A DNA stretch of 64,000 nucleotides from Octopus vulgaris (Eukaryota). Location of the stretch: contig OX597815.1 in the NCBI GenBank assembly GCA_951406725.2, positions 94,674,001-94,738,000 on the forward strand, read 5' to 3'. Positions within the stretch are counted from its first letter, which is position 1, and each line of letters starts with the position of its first letter. Shown here in pieces: positions 1-15,951 of this stretch. The notes beneath the pieces are model-generated. The model saw only the letters and a program-made list of their open reading frames with translations. It had not been told where the DNA came from and ran no database searches. A program made the position numbers and the translations under genes.

Positions 1-1451
1 ATGGATTGAGGTCAAATTTGGAGAGGTAATACGTTCCCTAATGATACATCGTATGTCACAGCGATGTCCTTACAAGGCCATCAAGACATTAAGTTCCTAT
101 GACATTGAACACATGGCAGACATACATTTATACAGACACATATGCACTCACATACTCGCATGTCATCTCTCACACGTACCAAATTCTATACACATATACG
201 AGACTTCATCTGTTTGCTTATATCAAAGGTTAACGGTTGTAATTGTATATGCTTTGGTCAGTTCGTAGACCAGCATAATAAGCTGAATGTCCGCCTATGT
301 GTGCTTCAGTTAAGGTATATATTTATCACTGTTGAACTATAAATCACTATGTTTATCGCCAATATCATATACGACTAATTGTCCAGGTAATTAACACATT
401 GTCTTTTAGTAAGTTTCCTAAACTCTGCGTGTGTTTGTGTTTGTGTATGTTCGTATGTGTGTGTCTACGTGTACGTGTGTGCGTGCGTTTGTCTGTTTAT
501 GAGATGTAGCGTTTCAGCAGATGCATGAGTGAATGGTATGAACACAGGTGAAATGTATGAATGTGTAGTTTGTGAATGTACAGATTGTGTTGTGGCCAGA
601 GGAAGAGGATGAATGCAATAAAATACTGTGTCTATATGGTGGTGTGCATTAAGTGTAGGTGTTTGTATATGTGTGGTATAATACGTACATACATACATGC
701 ATATATATATATGCATATATATATATATATATGTACGTGTGTGTGTGTATAGACCTTATATAATTAGGGTGTATATACCAGTATATATATTGTGAGCACA
801 TATTTGAAGCTATTAGTTATGATTATGTGCATGCGTAACGTAATAAAAACTATACACACACAGACACACAAACACACAGACACACACACACACATATAAC
901 ATAGTATGTGTGCGAGTGTATGTGTGTGTGTGTTGGTGTAAGCTGAGGTGGCGTATGAATCAATGTGTAATATATACATGTGGATGCCTAGTAGGTGTTC
1001 CATGATACAATCTGCTAACCTGCAGTCAGTTTCCCAGTGTGTCAGAGACAAAATAAATGGCATTCATGACAATAAATGCCATTTTTACTGTACAGGTGAA
1101 ATGGCTTCTGATTAGGAAAGAACGTTGGTTGAAGCTAAAGAAATAGTAGCGTTAAGTATGTAACAGCAGTGTTAGAAAATTCGAGAGCAGGGCAAAAACC
1201 CGATTTGGTGCAATTAGCGTAGAACAGCAGGGTCTGAAAGAGCCTGTCTAAAGAATGGGGCGGGACATTTATGGAATGGCTGGAGGCAGCAACTCTGAGG
1301 AAGGGAGGTTGAAAATCCGTTTAAAAGGCAAGGTGAAACATGAATAGGCAAAGCAAGCAGTTAACGGTGGGGCGCAACACTTTACGAAAGGGATTAGAGC
1401 AGAGTTACAGGCATGAAGGAAGATGCTATTGCCACACGCATCAACAAATTT

Positions 1452-1562
1452 CACTCACCTACTCACTCACCCACTCACTCACTCACTCACTCACTCACTC
1501 ACTCACTCACTCACTCACTCACTCACTCATTCACTCACTCACTCATTCACTCACTCACTCAC

Positions 1563-1598
<36 letters not shown>
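1452..1598. repeat. (ACTC)n followed by (CT)n microsatellite
   Basis: Direct tandem repeat; source of the 'THSL/SLSL' ORFs. Confidence 0.97.
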
Positions 1599-1602
<4 letters not shown>

Positions 1603-1699
1603 GCACACATAAAATTGTTTAGTAACTCTTTGATCTTCAGCAACAGGACTCATCTGCTAATCTTTCTTGAATGTAACTGAAGCTACCACAGAAGAATAG

Positions 1700-2003
1700 C
1701 GTTGTTATGAATTCGGCAAAATGCAACAAGCACTGCAACGCTTGCTGGCTGTGAAAATCTTCATCATGACAACGTCCGGTTATATTCCTCGCAAATGATA
1801 CTGCAGATATTGAGCCTACAGAAATGTATGTCCCTGAATTTAGTCATCAACCATTATTCCAATGGACTTACAATTTTCAAGTATCTGAGTAAATTTCTGT
1901 TAAGGAAGCTCTTCAACAAAAAAACGACTTGAAAGTTTAAAACGACTTCGAAGCATTCATTAATTCCAGGCCTTCAGAATTCCATTGTATGGGAATAATT
2001 TAA
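1700..2003 (+). mobile_element. Decayed mariner transposase C-terminal fragment
   Basis: Frameshifted translation LHHDNVRLYSSQ...FKYLSKFLLRKLFNK...NDFEAFINSRPSEFHCMGII matches the mariner (Hsmar/Mos-like) LHHDNARPH...F..L.NFL..K.F...F..S...EFY..GI tail. Confidence 0.6.
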
Positions 2004-2859
2004 TTCTAATTTTCACCATCCTTCTATATGCATACTCACACATGCATATATGTCACTCTCTCTCTCTTTCGCTCTACATATACACACACATACACACATT
2101 AAATTACACAGAATGTTTTTTTTTTAAATATCTTAGAATAATACAATGGTTGAAAGCCCCAAATTGGCAATTTTCCATAATTAAAACTATCTTTTCATTC
2201 CATCAAATTAATCGCAAAGTTCCTGCAAGAAGTTGTAATCCAGCTGTTCTTGTGATCTGGACAATGCAAAAATTAACTCCACTGAGAAAAAGTGCAGTTC
2301 ATTGGGATAAAGCAGAAATTAAAAAGATGAAACAAATACAAAACGAACAAGTCATTTCAGCACACAGTTCCTTTATATGTGACAAGTAGGAATGCGAAGT
2401 TTCAATTAGAACCACAATTATGGAAAGAGTTCACTCCGACTATGATTAAAATGATTTACTAACTACAAAATAAACAGAAAATTTTTTCATTATTGAAAGA
2501 AACTAGTGTTATGAATATGAAATGCTTGTGTTTAAACCTGAATTGACTAAGTAACTCGAATTTTAACAAAACTGAACAAATTTTGAAAAATCTGTAATTA
2601 TGCTTGGTTCCAGCTGTATAGTTCGAATGTATGTGTTAAATATAGCCAAAGACAGTGATAATGATATCAGAGAAATGGTAAAGTGCCAAATATGTGTAGC
2701 CCAATATTTGCTATATGTAAACTTACGTAAGACGGCTCACAGTCTTATATGCATATGTCGCCGTATATTTATTGAAAACATTCTTGTAAAGTTTATTTTT
2801 GTTTGTATATGTGTATTCATGTTGGTTGTTTGTGTATGTATTGGTTTAAAGCAACACCC

Positions 2860-2906
2860 ACATACATACATACATACATACATACATACATACATACATA
2901 CATACA

Positions 2907-2942
<36 letters not shown>

Positions 2943-3062
2943 TATATATACATATATACATATGTATAAATACATATATATATATACATATATACATATG
3001 TATATATACATATACATATATACATATATACATATATACACACACATATACATACATATATA
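2860..3062. repeat. (ATAC)n/(AT)n compound microsatellite
   Basis: Direct tandem repeat. Confidence 0.97.
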
Positions 3063-3064
3063 TT

Positions 3065-3155
3065 AGTGTATAATAGATGTTAATGTAGTTTACATGATGA
3101 AAAAACAACAGAATAGAATAAAAAAGTAGGAACAACTTATAAAAAATTCAATCAT

Positions 3156-3205
<50 letters not shown>

Positions 3206-3372
3206 GGTGTGTATGTGTGCATGCGTGTGTGTGTGAGAGAGAGAGTGTGTGTGTGTGTGTTTGTGTGTGTGTATACGTGTGTATGTGTGTGTTGGAATTT
3301 TTTATTTCTAGTTTTTTATTCTGTTCTGTTGTTAGAACACGATGTAAACTACATTAACATTTATAATACACT
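3065..3372. repeat. Long imperfect inverted repeat (arms about 3065-3150 and 3292-3372) around a (TA)n/(TG)n spacer; MITE/foldback-like
   Basis: Left arm AGTGTATAATAGATGTTAATGTAGTTTACATGATG...AACAACAGAATAGAATAAAAAAGTAG; reverse complement of the right arm AGTGTATTATAAATGTTAATGTAGTTTACATCGTG...AACAACAGAACAGAATAAAAAACTAG. Confidence 0.85.
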
Positions 3373-4278
3373 CGCAGCCGAAGTATAAATTATAACCTTA
3401 TGCATTTAATATGGTTTACTAAAGTATTTCCAGACTAGTTTATAATGATGCATCCATATAATATCTGGCGTGGGTCTATTATCAGTTCTTTACTGATGAG
3501 ATTCCTTTAGAAAAGCGCAGTCACATGTTCTAACATTACTAAGCCAGAAATATATACATGTACGATTAAACAGCAACTATTTCTAACTTGTTTAGAATAT
3601 TTGTTAATCCAAAGTTATATCTGATGAAATTAACACAAATTTGTATAGAATCCCAAAAGAGATCAATGTTGGGTAGAAATTAAGCGATAGTGATATTATA
3701 AAAGCACTGCTAGATTGAAAGCGCAGACTGAAAACTACAAGGCATGTTTAAGTAAATGTTTCCTCCTTTAGAAATTATTTCCCTCGAGGTATACTCGAAT
3801 TTGGTGAGTAAATAATAGAAATTGTTGATGTATTTGTAAGTTTTGTTATAAAAGCTAGAGGTTTATACAAACTGAAGTATAACATCGCATTATTCGATAC
3901 ACTTATCAACAGTAATACTGTTGATTTCTTTGAAAGATAGATATTGTCATGTTTATAGGATAGGGGATAATATTGTTGTAGGACATCTACACATTTCTCA
4001 AGGATTTCAGCAAAGTAGCTGAATTAAAATAATGCTTATTGCTGGGAATTGAAACCAATTTCCCTTTGGCTTAACATCTCCTTATGGTATTCTCAATTGA
4101 TTAGGTTTGTGAATACATCTCATTTTATTGTACTACTGCCGGCCTCCAGTTCCATTTGAGTTAATTGAACGAATTTAATGTTACCCATGGCTGGTTGGAA
4201 ACAATCCTAAATAGGCTAAGCAGTTGAGTGAATAGTTAGCTGACAAAGACATACAGATAAGTAAATGTCATTACTGTT

Positions 4279-4430
<152 letters not shown>

Positions 4431-6392
4431 AGTAATACGAAAATCCCAATACAAGAGCATAAAAACGTGCACCGGGAATGGGTGATAGATGTAATTTTAA
4501 TGGATCTTGCGTGGAGCAGTCCAGTAGTGATCATTTACATTTATTGTATTTTATGATTGTGAGGCTGCTCTGAAGTAACTCAAGCCAGATGTTGTGTTGA
4601 GCGCCAGTTTATCATAGACTGTTGTAATGATATCCTCTCTGCACTGCAAGATGTCAGTTCAAATTGCATTGAATGGTAATAGGATCACTGAATATTTATT
4701 CAATTTACCACGCATAAATGACAGTGATATCTGAAATATTCAATATGTCATTAGATAATTATATTATCTGGTCATACAAATATATTTTCTTTTTTTTTCT
4801 GATTCGGGCACGTCTAATAGACGTGGTTTCCTTTTTTTTTTTTTTTTACGAAACTGTCCTTCTTTGCAATTGTCTAATGTAAAATTCGGCAACAGGAGAA
4901 AGAAAAAAAAAGAAAAGGAAAACAAAGAAACATAACAAAACTAAACAGCAACAAAAGAATTCTTCTATGAAATATGATATTTTAGGCAGTGCAAATATTT
5001 TAATTCTATCCCACGTAAGAATTTAGGTTAAGGGTAGGACTAGATGTAGAGTTAGAGACATTTACACATAAATAACTTTTACTTTTATGCTGAGAAGTAG
5101 TTAATGTTAGAAAATGATGATGATAATCATGATGATGGGAATGTGGATTGGAGTGCTGATTATGATGATAGCGATAATATTCTTTGTATAGAAGCATGAG
5201 CACTGACCACTAAACTTAAACCATTTTCAAAAGCATCATTCTGATAAAAACCAACAGAACTTACTGTTTATTTAACTAGATTATACTGACAGTCATGACA
5301 CTTTACCAATTGTACAAATTGTATGTAATGTGGTTAGAAAGCTTTTAATTCTATTGGACTTCTACTTTTCGTAAACTTGCTATTACAATTCAGTTTCTTG
5401 TCAAGTGGAATTGTACTTCTCTTTAGATACCATTAATGTAATGCCGTTGGGCCACAGCATTTAAGAAACTACAGTTACACCAATATTTAAATGAATTACT
5501 ATTTGAGAAACCCATCTAATTAGTATTCAATTAGTGTCGCAACAAATTTACATTTCCCTGGTCTGGAATTATAAATCAAGATATCTTTTCTAATTGGCTG
5601 TCTTCCATCAATGTAAACAAGAACACGATTTCTGTCCATCAGCTTTGTTTATGAACAGGTTTCACGGAATGTCTGATCTTATATTTCTTCTAACTATCGA
5701 GGAGAGCCCTGACGCATCCGCTCGCTACACGAAAACACAAATTACTACTACAATTACATCCAGAAAATATTAGTTCTTTCACTCAACCCACACAAACATA
5801 CACACCCCCAAAAATACACCACACACAGAAACAGTTGTAGCATCAATCACTTCATGAGAGATAATCCGGTGTGAGGATACACATGCACATCACCATTAGA
5901 AAGTGTCTCCAAAATAGCAACTGTTATGCTCAAACTGATCTCAGTTTGATTCCACTCTGAACATTACAATCAAGATCTATAGGCATACAAGACAACGAAG
6001 AAATAGAAATAGTAACCGAAATTTCCTCCAGTCATAACTTGCACATTTTTTAGAAAGGATACATTGGATGATCTAATCCTTCGTACACTGTCTCTGCATA
6101 AAAGCAGAATTATAAGGGTAGGGTAAGTCTGCTGGATTATGGAAGATTTGAACTATTCAGCAATACGAACATCACCAGAAACATCATTCTTTGTAAAATA
6201 GATTGGACGGTAGAAAGGATATAACATACTACCGCACATTCCTCACAGTTTACTATCATCTGTAAAAATGTTCAAGCTCTCATCTAAGTGATGACCCACT
6301 AACAATTCGCGGGTTGCGCCAGGATATACAGCCGATTATTGTGTGCCATACAGTTACCAACACAAGAATAATAAATCGATATATGACAGAAA

Positions 6393-7254
<862 letters not shown>

Positions 7255-10200
7255 GTACACGCGTAATAAAGTCATATCCACTTAAGTTATGCTAGCAAGT
7301 ACTGGCTTAGTCGTTGCACACTCTCAACCGTTAACTACATTGCTTCGATGAACTGGTTAAGTATAACGTTTCCATATATATTATACGCAGTAGATACACC
7401 CCCACCACACACATAAACACACATAAAGACTCACACATATATATATGTATGCATATATATGTATATGTGTGTGTTTTGTGTGCGTATGTATGCGTGTACG
7501 TGTATATATGCATACCTGTTTTTCTGTCTATCTATCACTATATATATGCATATATAACTACATACATACACACATAAATACACACATATACACACACATA
7601 CACGCACACATATATATACAGATGTTCTATCTGAGATAAGAATCTTTAAGAATATTAAATGCACCAGGTAACATAAACTGATACAGGGACCAGTGCAAAA
7701 ATAATGTTTAAATATAGTATTAACACGAAGTGCAAGATTGCTGCAACATTGAAGCTTTTCCGAGGGCGTAATAATAGCAGAATCTTTGGGTTTTTTTTTA
7801 AATAAAAGTATACTTGTAGCATTTAGTTCTAGGCAAAGTAAGCGAATCATTATCGACAACTCAAACCTTTGAAGTTATTGCTGCAACTTCACTAAAGTTT
7901 AGTCACAGAAATCAATAACTTAACTAAAGAACAATACCAATCTATTCTTCCATTATAAATTTATATTACAGTATATATCAAAACTTAAAAGATTTCATTA
8001 ATTAGCGTCCAAGTCCTTCAAATACATCCTTGTGGTTTTGAATAAATACACAGGACTATGTCGTCTTCAATAAAACACACCAAAAAATATTCGGAATAAA
8101 AAAGAAAAAAAGAAAAACAAAACTGTTTCACGCATGGCTGTGTGCTTTACAGCTGCTCGATTAGCTGTGACAATGAACGATACGATTAGAACAAAATCAA
8201 CAATAGAACATGATTTTAAAATATGTTATAAATGTTAATCTTGATTGAATAGATATATTATCAGAGAAGTTGTATCTGAGATTACTGTGTTTTTATTTCA
8301 GGACTGGTGTATCTAAGGCTACATTAGTCTATATGGTCTCTCTGGTTTTGAGGAGGCAGAGTGCGTTTGAAGAGAGGTTTAGCTGTTACGTTTAGTAGAG
8401 TAACCGACCACGAGAGTCTCCACCGTTGGTTTTTAAAAAAGCCTGTATAAGCAGTAAGAATGTAGAATGAATTTCACAGTAACTTATGTATGTCAATTTA
8501 GTTGACGAAAGTATAAGTTCTCGTTATGTAAAAATTTCTTTCAGCTACTACACCTGACCTTTGGGTTTTATTAGATAAAGTTTCTCTGCTGTATGGATTC
8601 GAACCACGACTCTGGTTTAAGGAAAACCAATGAGTCGTGGTTTTTCCTGCCACGGGTTTCTTCATACAAATCATGGACGTTATCCTTCTTTCCTGACTAA
8701 CCCTTTTATATTAAGAACAAAGTGTATCCATATGTTGAAAAGAAATATTCTCCTCTTGGTTGCTACTGAGTCGCCCTTCGTCAACTTTGTTAGGCTTATG
8801 ACGAGTTCTAAATCTAAATATTGTAAACCAATATTTAGATATCATTATACGAAACTTATAAATTTAGCATTTAAATAATTATTACACGGACTGGAATATA
8901 TTTCTAGAGGTAGTGGAGTGTCAGATTAAGACAATATTTGTAATATTTAACCATGTCTTTATACTCACTTGTGATTTTTTATGCCGGCCAATTAGAGAAT
9001 TCAAATAGCAGTAATGTTCTGGTGTAGATTCAATCATCTGAATATGCATGAGATGGTGCTTATGTAACAAATCAATATTTGATATTATGAATTACTCTCA
9101 GGATGTTTAATCAATCAAAGTATTTAAATGTGATATGATACATGAAAGATTAACGAACTGGCATAACATGAATCAAAATAATAGGTATAATTTTCGTAAT
9201 AAACAAAAGAAAATTCATTTGTATTTTCAAACATCAGTTGAAGTTGATAATGCCCTTTGATTCATTTTACAGTTTTCTTCTGGCTTGACTCAACAAACAA
9301 CGATAACATTTAAATCATGCGTGGTAATCAGCCTAGACGTGTAGCGATTGATTTTCCTTTTGTTTGATATCATCTTAATACCAACAAGGTGTAAAGAAAT
9401 ATCGACAAAGTCAGTTAAGGAGATCTTAGTTTACTATGTTCCCAAATGCTTCAACTAGTCGGTTACAAATTAAGTACGTTTGTTGTAAAATTTTCTTTTT
9501 ATTTTAGCTGCTTAATACTGCAAAATTCTAAGATCGCATCCATCATTTTTGCTTAGTTTATCTGGGAGAGTTTTGACTTTCGGAATTCTTTTAAACATAT
9601 CAAGCGTGTATTATTCTTTTCAGATAGGCTAGTCAATACATTTCAAATTTTGGTATTTCAAAAGGTTGTTTCTGTTGAGTAATTCTGGTTTATGTCTGAG
9701 TTTATTGATGAGTTGCAAAGTTCTATTTCCATATTTTAATATTTAAGACGCATCAGAATTAGCTGAATGAAACGATTATGTTGCTGTGTTGTTGTTGATG
9801 TGGCTTTTGTCTAGTTTCAGATTAACCCAGTTCTATTAGAGCAGACATACTATAATCAAAGGCATTCACGCCACGATTATCTCGAATTTTTCATTTGGAA
9901 ATTTCTGATTTCCAGCAAACTTGTACAACTGCATTCATAAATAAGTGGCGGAACAACTTAAATTCATAGCATGGTTTTCAGTGAATTTCACAATGGATGT
10001 TACTTTGAGTAGTTGTCGACGATCCTTCATTAATATGGGATGAAAAGTTTCGTTTTATGTTTATCGGTAATGTTGGACACTCTCTCACATACCCATTAAA
10101 AATTTCAGACTATCGCAGAGGTTTAATAGAATTATCATTATTGTCATTAAAATATACTGCTGTTTTATCTTTATTATGCCTATGATTACCTTTGTTGATT

Positions 10201-11485
10201 TTTCCTGAGAGTATGCATCATCGATAATATTTTGAACCTGTGGGATGAATTGTGGTGTCTTTATAGTGTCCGACTATTTAGAATGCTTTTCATTCTCTTT
10301 GATGTAGTTGAAACATTCCCGCTAGAAGCTTCTAATACTACCTGAACTTTTCACACAGAAACATCTTGCAAGAGTTAAAAGTTGGCAATTTCTAAGCCGC
10401 TGGTCTCCGAACATATGAAAACAGTGAGTGCATGTCGTTTCATTTCTGGTGTTAACATTTCATCTGTCAGTGGAGATTTGTGAGAAATAGATAATTGGTT
10501 TCAAGAGCTTAATACACTAATGATTAAGCATTCTCAAATATCCCTTGAACTCTGTACATCAGTTGTATGCGTAAAGCAGATTTCATATTTGTTTGTACGA
10601 TTCATTCACTCGTCGGTCACAACAGCTACCTCGATTCTAACAACATGGGAAAGCCAAACTATGAATATAAAAGAAATGTTTAAAAATGGACAACGCTGTT
10701 TCCTCGCTGGATGTCTCTGTATTAGCAATCGGAATACAGCCAAAACTTGTTATCAATTTAAATGGTGATATACGCACTTACCATTGTATTTTGTTTGCTT
10801 AGTCCCCTGTCTCTTATCTACCTTATTCAAACTCTACTATGAATATTTAGCAGCCTGTAAACATTTGATACATACATACATACATACATACATACATACA
10901 TACATACATACATACATACGTGTGTGTGTGTTTGTCTGGAGTCGTAGATCTGGGATTGATGAACACTAAAAACAAAGTGAAAAGCAAGTATAGTCGTTAG
11001 GTTGACGATCAGGAAGGGAAATAAAGTTGTCTTTGATGTTTCATACTTAACTAAGAAAAAGAATGATATAGTAACAAGAAAAAAACATACAAGATACAAA
11101 AAAAAACATTACTGCATTACGATACATTAAGCTTCTTTGGAAAGACGGTACAAGTGGGAAAATAATGAGGTCACGCAACGTAACCGTAGGTCAAATGTTT
11201 AAGATTGTATATAGACACACGTGTGTAAGCGTGTTTATTGCGTGAATATGTATTCAATTTAAGCCTGTGTGTGTGTGCTTGTGTTTCTTTAAGATTTTGT
11301 GTTAATTTTAAATTATTCGTTGTATGTGTATATTTATGCGTAAGACACATGTACGACTATAAAGTTGCATGTATTGCGTTGTGTGTCTGTTGTGTGAATG
11401 TGTGTGTATAGTTGTAGTTTGTTTCCGTATGGTGTGTGTGTGTGTGTGTGTGTGTGATTGTGTAACTGCCAAGATAAGTGTGTGT

Positions 11486-11526
<41 letters not shown>

Positions 11527-11804
11527 AACGTTAGATTTGTTTTCATAAATGTCTTTACGTAGCTTTTTGCGAAGTATGTGTGTTTGTGTATGTACGTGTT
11601 TGCTATTTAAATCAACATACACTTGTAGGCAATAACGTTTCCAGGCAGCTACTCAGAGGAATTGAAGGGATGGTTTTCTTCTGCTGAGTACTGAAACATA
11701 TTGTATATCTTTTATCTTTCTGTGTATGAAGAGAACAAGATATATATTTCAAGTTCTACATTAAAAGGATAAAAAAAACTGTAGTCATACTGCAATGCTT
11801 CTGT

Positions 11805-11840
<36 letters not shown>

Positions 11841-12423
11841 TCTACATAATCTAGCATTTTGAGCATCCCCGGAATGATACCCTCCATTGGATCATTTTTG
11901 TTCTTATTTAAATCCAGATTAACTCTTGTTGAGTAGAGTGATTATCAAATATGTTTTAATGTTTGAGCAGCAAACGTCTAGTTCCTTATTTTTGTTTTAT
12001 ACAATACTATAGGATTGCATTAATTAATGAACTCTCCCAATGTTGAGAAGGAAGGATACAATCTAAGTATATTTTGTTATTATTTCTGTCACCTGTGAGG
12101 CTTCCTGGTTGGCTCGTTACAGTTGAGATATTACAGACTGTCCGAATTGTCCTTGTCACGTAATCAGTTACACTCCAGTGACACGTTATTCACTCTTGAT
12201 TTGGCTGAGTTACTCAGAATCTCCACGTCACTGCTCAGCATGCTAGAATTAGCACTTAAAACAATTCCTTCAAACGAACACTATCTTCTTAAAGATAGGA
12301 AGTACATATTGTTGATGTATAATTGAATGTATATTGGACCGAATGTTCAGATAGTTATTGTTAGAACACCTTTGATAATAGCATTGTTCTGCCATCTCTA
12401 ATAACAAACAATAATAATTGTTT

Positions 12424-12650
12424 ACTATAGGCACAAGGGGCGGAATTTTGTACCTCAACTGGTACTTAATAATGGTTTAAAATTTTGGCGCATAATTTCG
12501 AGATAGGCGCAAGTCAAGTACATCGATCCCTGTGCTCAACTAGTATTTATTTTATCGACTCATAAAAGATGAACGATAAAGTTGACTACGGCAGAATTTG
12601 AACTCAGAATGGAAAGATGGACGAAATGCTGTTAAGAATTTTACCCACCA
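12424..12650 (-). mobile_element. tRNA-derived SINE family A, diverged copy
   Basis: Reverse complement of the family core (ttctgagttcaaattc...gtcaactt...ttcatc...gtcgataaaataa) seen in better copies at 33764 and 47836. Confidence 0.8.
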
Positions 12651-13582
12651 GTTCGACTATCTGTAGTATATTGCAGGATATATTATTTCTTGTCCATTAA
12701 AAATTATGTATAATTTCTTACAAGAATAATTAAGGCGGTTGATAACTGTCATTTCCTACAGTGCATTTTATTCTCTGAATAATCGTTACATTTGGCTCGT
12801 TGCAGTTGGGTTGTCAGAGTCAATAGCGTCTGTCAAGTAATCGGTCCCACATCAATGATAATGGTTTTGTGTAACACGCTAGAACAAATTAACTGCAGTT
12901 TTGTTATCTTGAAGCAGTGGGATAACTGTCGCAAACAGAATTGTAATGTTTTAGTAAGGCAAGTAAGTCTGCGAGGCTATTGCTATGTATTATTGTTTTC
13001 AGTTGCGGGCAAAATGACTCGAAATACCCGGTGTTCAGAGACACAATAAACCCAATAATGTTGTTGTTTTAATGCAGATCTTCATACGAGGCAGGGAAAC
13101 CCAAGTTATTTTCATCGCTATTTGCATAATTTTAAATGTTATATCAAAATTGTGTTCTAAATGTCATTTTAAATTGTTATCTGAATCAATAACTTGCATG
13201 TTTTGTAGGAACAAAAACATTAGAAGAAATATTCTTTCGTTATGTATTTAAAAAAAAAATATTTCAAAAGAATCTGTTTAGGTTAATAACCCATGCTGAA
13301 ACGAAATTATCATCTGCATCATTTTTGGGGGCCTAATGGACATTCGCTATATTTTATCATTACTTCGACAAGGATTTTTTTCTTTCTTTCCTCTATTTTA
13401 AAATTTTCATGGAATAGTTGATATCTTCTAAATTTTTTCATCGAAAGGTTTTTTTTTTCACTCTGACACATTATTATATTTCCTGTGCTGTTGCTATCGA
13501 TTCGAAAGATTGTGTTAGCTGCTAAGTACTAAGAACTGGTATTTCTGCTTCTCTTATTTGTATTTTTTAAATTTATAGTATG

Positions 13583-13584
<2 letters not shown>

Positions 13585-13670
<86 letters not shown>

Positions 13671-13700
13671 CAAACGCACACACACACACACATATATATA
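13585..13700. repeat. (CA)n microsatellite
   Basis: Direct tandem repeat. Confidence 0.97.
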
Positions 13701-13899
13701 TAGAGAGAGATAGAGAAATATAGTGATGCAAGTAAAGGGTTATGGGCTTGATATATAAAATATACATGCATATATATACACATGTAAATACTTATAGGGA
13801 AATATTTATATATAAAGAGGAAGAACATTTATATTTATATATGTGTGTGTGTATGTGCGTATGTGTGTAGATACATGTATAGAGGTGCATATATATAAA

Positions 13900-13942
<43 letters not shown>

Positions 13943-15755
13943 GTATGCATGTATGTGTGTGTGTATATGTGCGTGTGTGTCTGTACACAAATAAATTTAC
14001 ATAGATCATAAAATACTGAGTACTAAAGAGAGAATGCATAGACTTCTAACTCGACAGTTATTTCTGGGAGCTCGGAATTATGTAATATTCTTAATATTGA
14101 TTATTTGCATTTGGAACGTGCAAAAAGTCATAGACATGCACCAGCAAATGGTCGCATATAGATATCACCATAAGACCAGCTTCCTTCATCAGAAGAAGGA
14201 GGCTTTTGCGAAGTCTTGCTCCGGTGTCTCTATATGTCTCTATATTTATACCAACTTTAAATTCAATTTTGTTCTACATGTGTGAAAAACTCAAGGTAAC
14301 AATAGATACTTGATTGAAATTAGAACTTTGGGTGAAATGATTGAATGCAGCCATAATAGATTCGCCCAGTTGACTGCTTTTTAATAAAGGAATCCTGTAA
14401 AACAATATAAAAATAGATTTAGTCTTAAGTTGGGAGAATATTTAAGGTAATGTGCGATGATAGTATATTCAATAATTTCGAAGTCAGCTCTATTACTCTT
14501 TATAACATTTCATAATTTGCAGAGTTTGATAATGCAAGTGTATGAAAGTTTCTGTGATTCACCACTAAATACAAATTGTCTTTACATATTTGTTCAATTA
14601 GAAGCGGAGTAATATAAAACATTCTGATGAACCGCAATGGCCCTCGTAATGAAATGTCGTATGTCTTAGTTATGCCTATTTCATTTCTTGTGTTGAAGTT
14701 GGTGATGTCAGTAACATAGCAATTGAGAAACTAATATTAATACTGTGGTGTATATTTTGAACCAACTCTTCATTGCTAAACAGTGCATTATCTACTGAAC
14801 GCATTGAAGTAAAGAAAGTTATCGTTAAAACTAAAATAATATGAGTTACAATTTTGCCATATGTAAATCTACATTGTAATTTAAAATATTATTTTCACAA
14901 AATCCTTTTCCTTACATTTGTTTTAATAGTTACATTTTTTTCAAAATTTCGTATAAATAAATGGTGGAAAAAAATCAAATTAAGCAGTTTTCTGAAATAA
15001 TATTTCACTCTAACTAACTTTAAACGTAAATTGTACAATACAGTTATTGTGAACTCGATTGAGAAATAATATTTAAAATTATCTATGAAGAAATCTAACA
15101 ATTGCTTTCATATTCATTTGTAAGGAATGGTTATTTCTTTTTCATACTGATTATTGTTTTTTGTTTGGATATTAACATCAATTCTTCTTTTCCTGAGAAT
15201 TCTAAAACAATTTTATCTTGCCATCACGTTTTCAGAGTCGCTATAATTTCCTCTTTGCATCGTTTAATCTTGCGAGGGCTGGAAATTTATAGCCGGTTTG
15301 TAAAAGATACTCATCATTTCCAGCAGACAAATTTTAAAATTATGTCTTTTTGCAATTTTTTTCTCTTTGTTTTGCAGGGATTTCATCATTCTATTTTTTT
15401 TCTTTTGTTTGAAAATGTCCTTATCGAGAGTTTTATTTGTAAGCAACAAATAATATCGTAGTGATGTTGCTTGGCATTTTATCATCTCAGTGTTTTCTCT
15501 CGCTTTCTCCTATTTCTAATTTCGTAGATTGTTCTTTTCAAAAGACACCATATTCTTGTATCATAAATACACGATATATCAAGGCGTGGATAATGTTTAT
15601 CTTGTAAAGACATCTTAATGCTTTACAGCGCTTTTAAGTACGGGTACATTATTTATTTAGGTATGTATGTTTCAAGCTACATACTTACATATTTACAAGT
15701 CTATTCAAAGTCACTCGCTATGTATACATAAGTATACTTAGGCCTGACAACTCAC

Positions 15756-15787
<32 letters not shown>

Positions 15788-15844
15788 GCAGACACACATA
15801 TTAGGTTTTATGTACATAGACGTTATTTAAATATGAGTGCACAT

Positions 15845-15951
<107 letters not shown>

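Noticed and set aside
14624-14670. CTGATGA...GAAA hammerhead-like string (similar ones at 3493, 30285, 59681, 61107)
   Set aside because: Stem II and/or stem I do not pair, or the GAAA box is broken; at best decayed relics.
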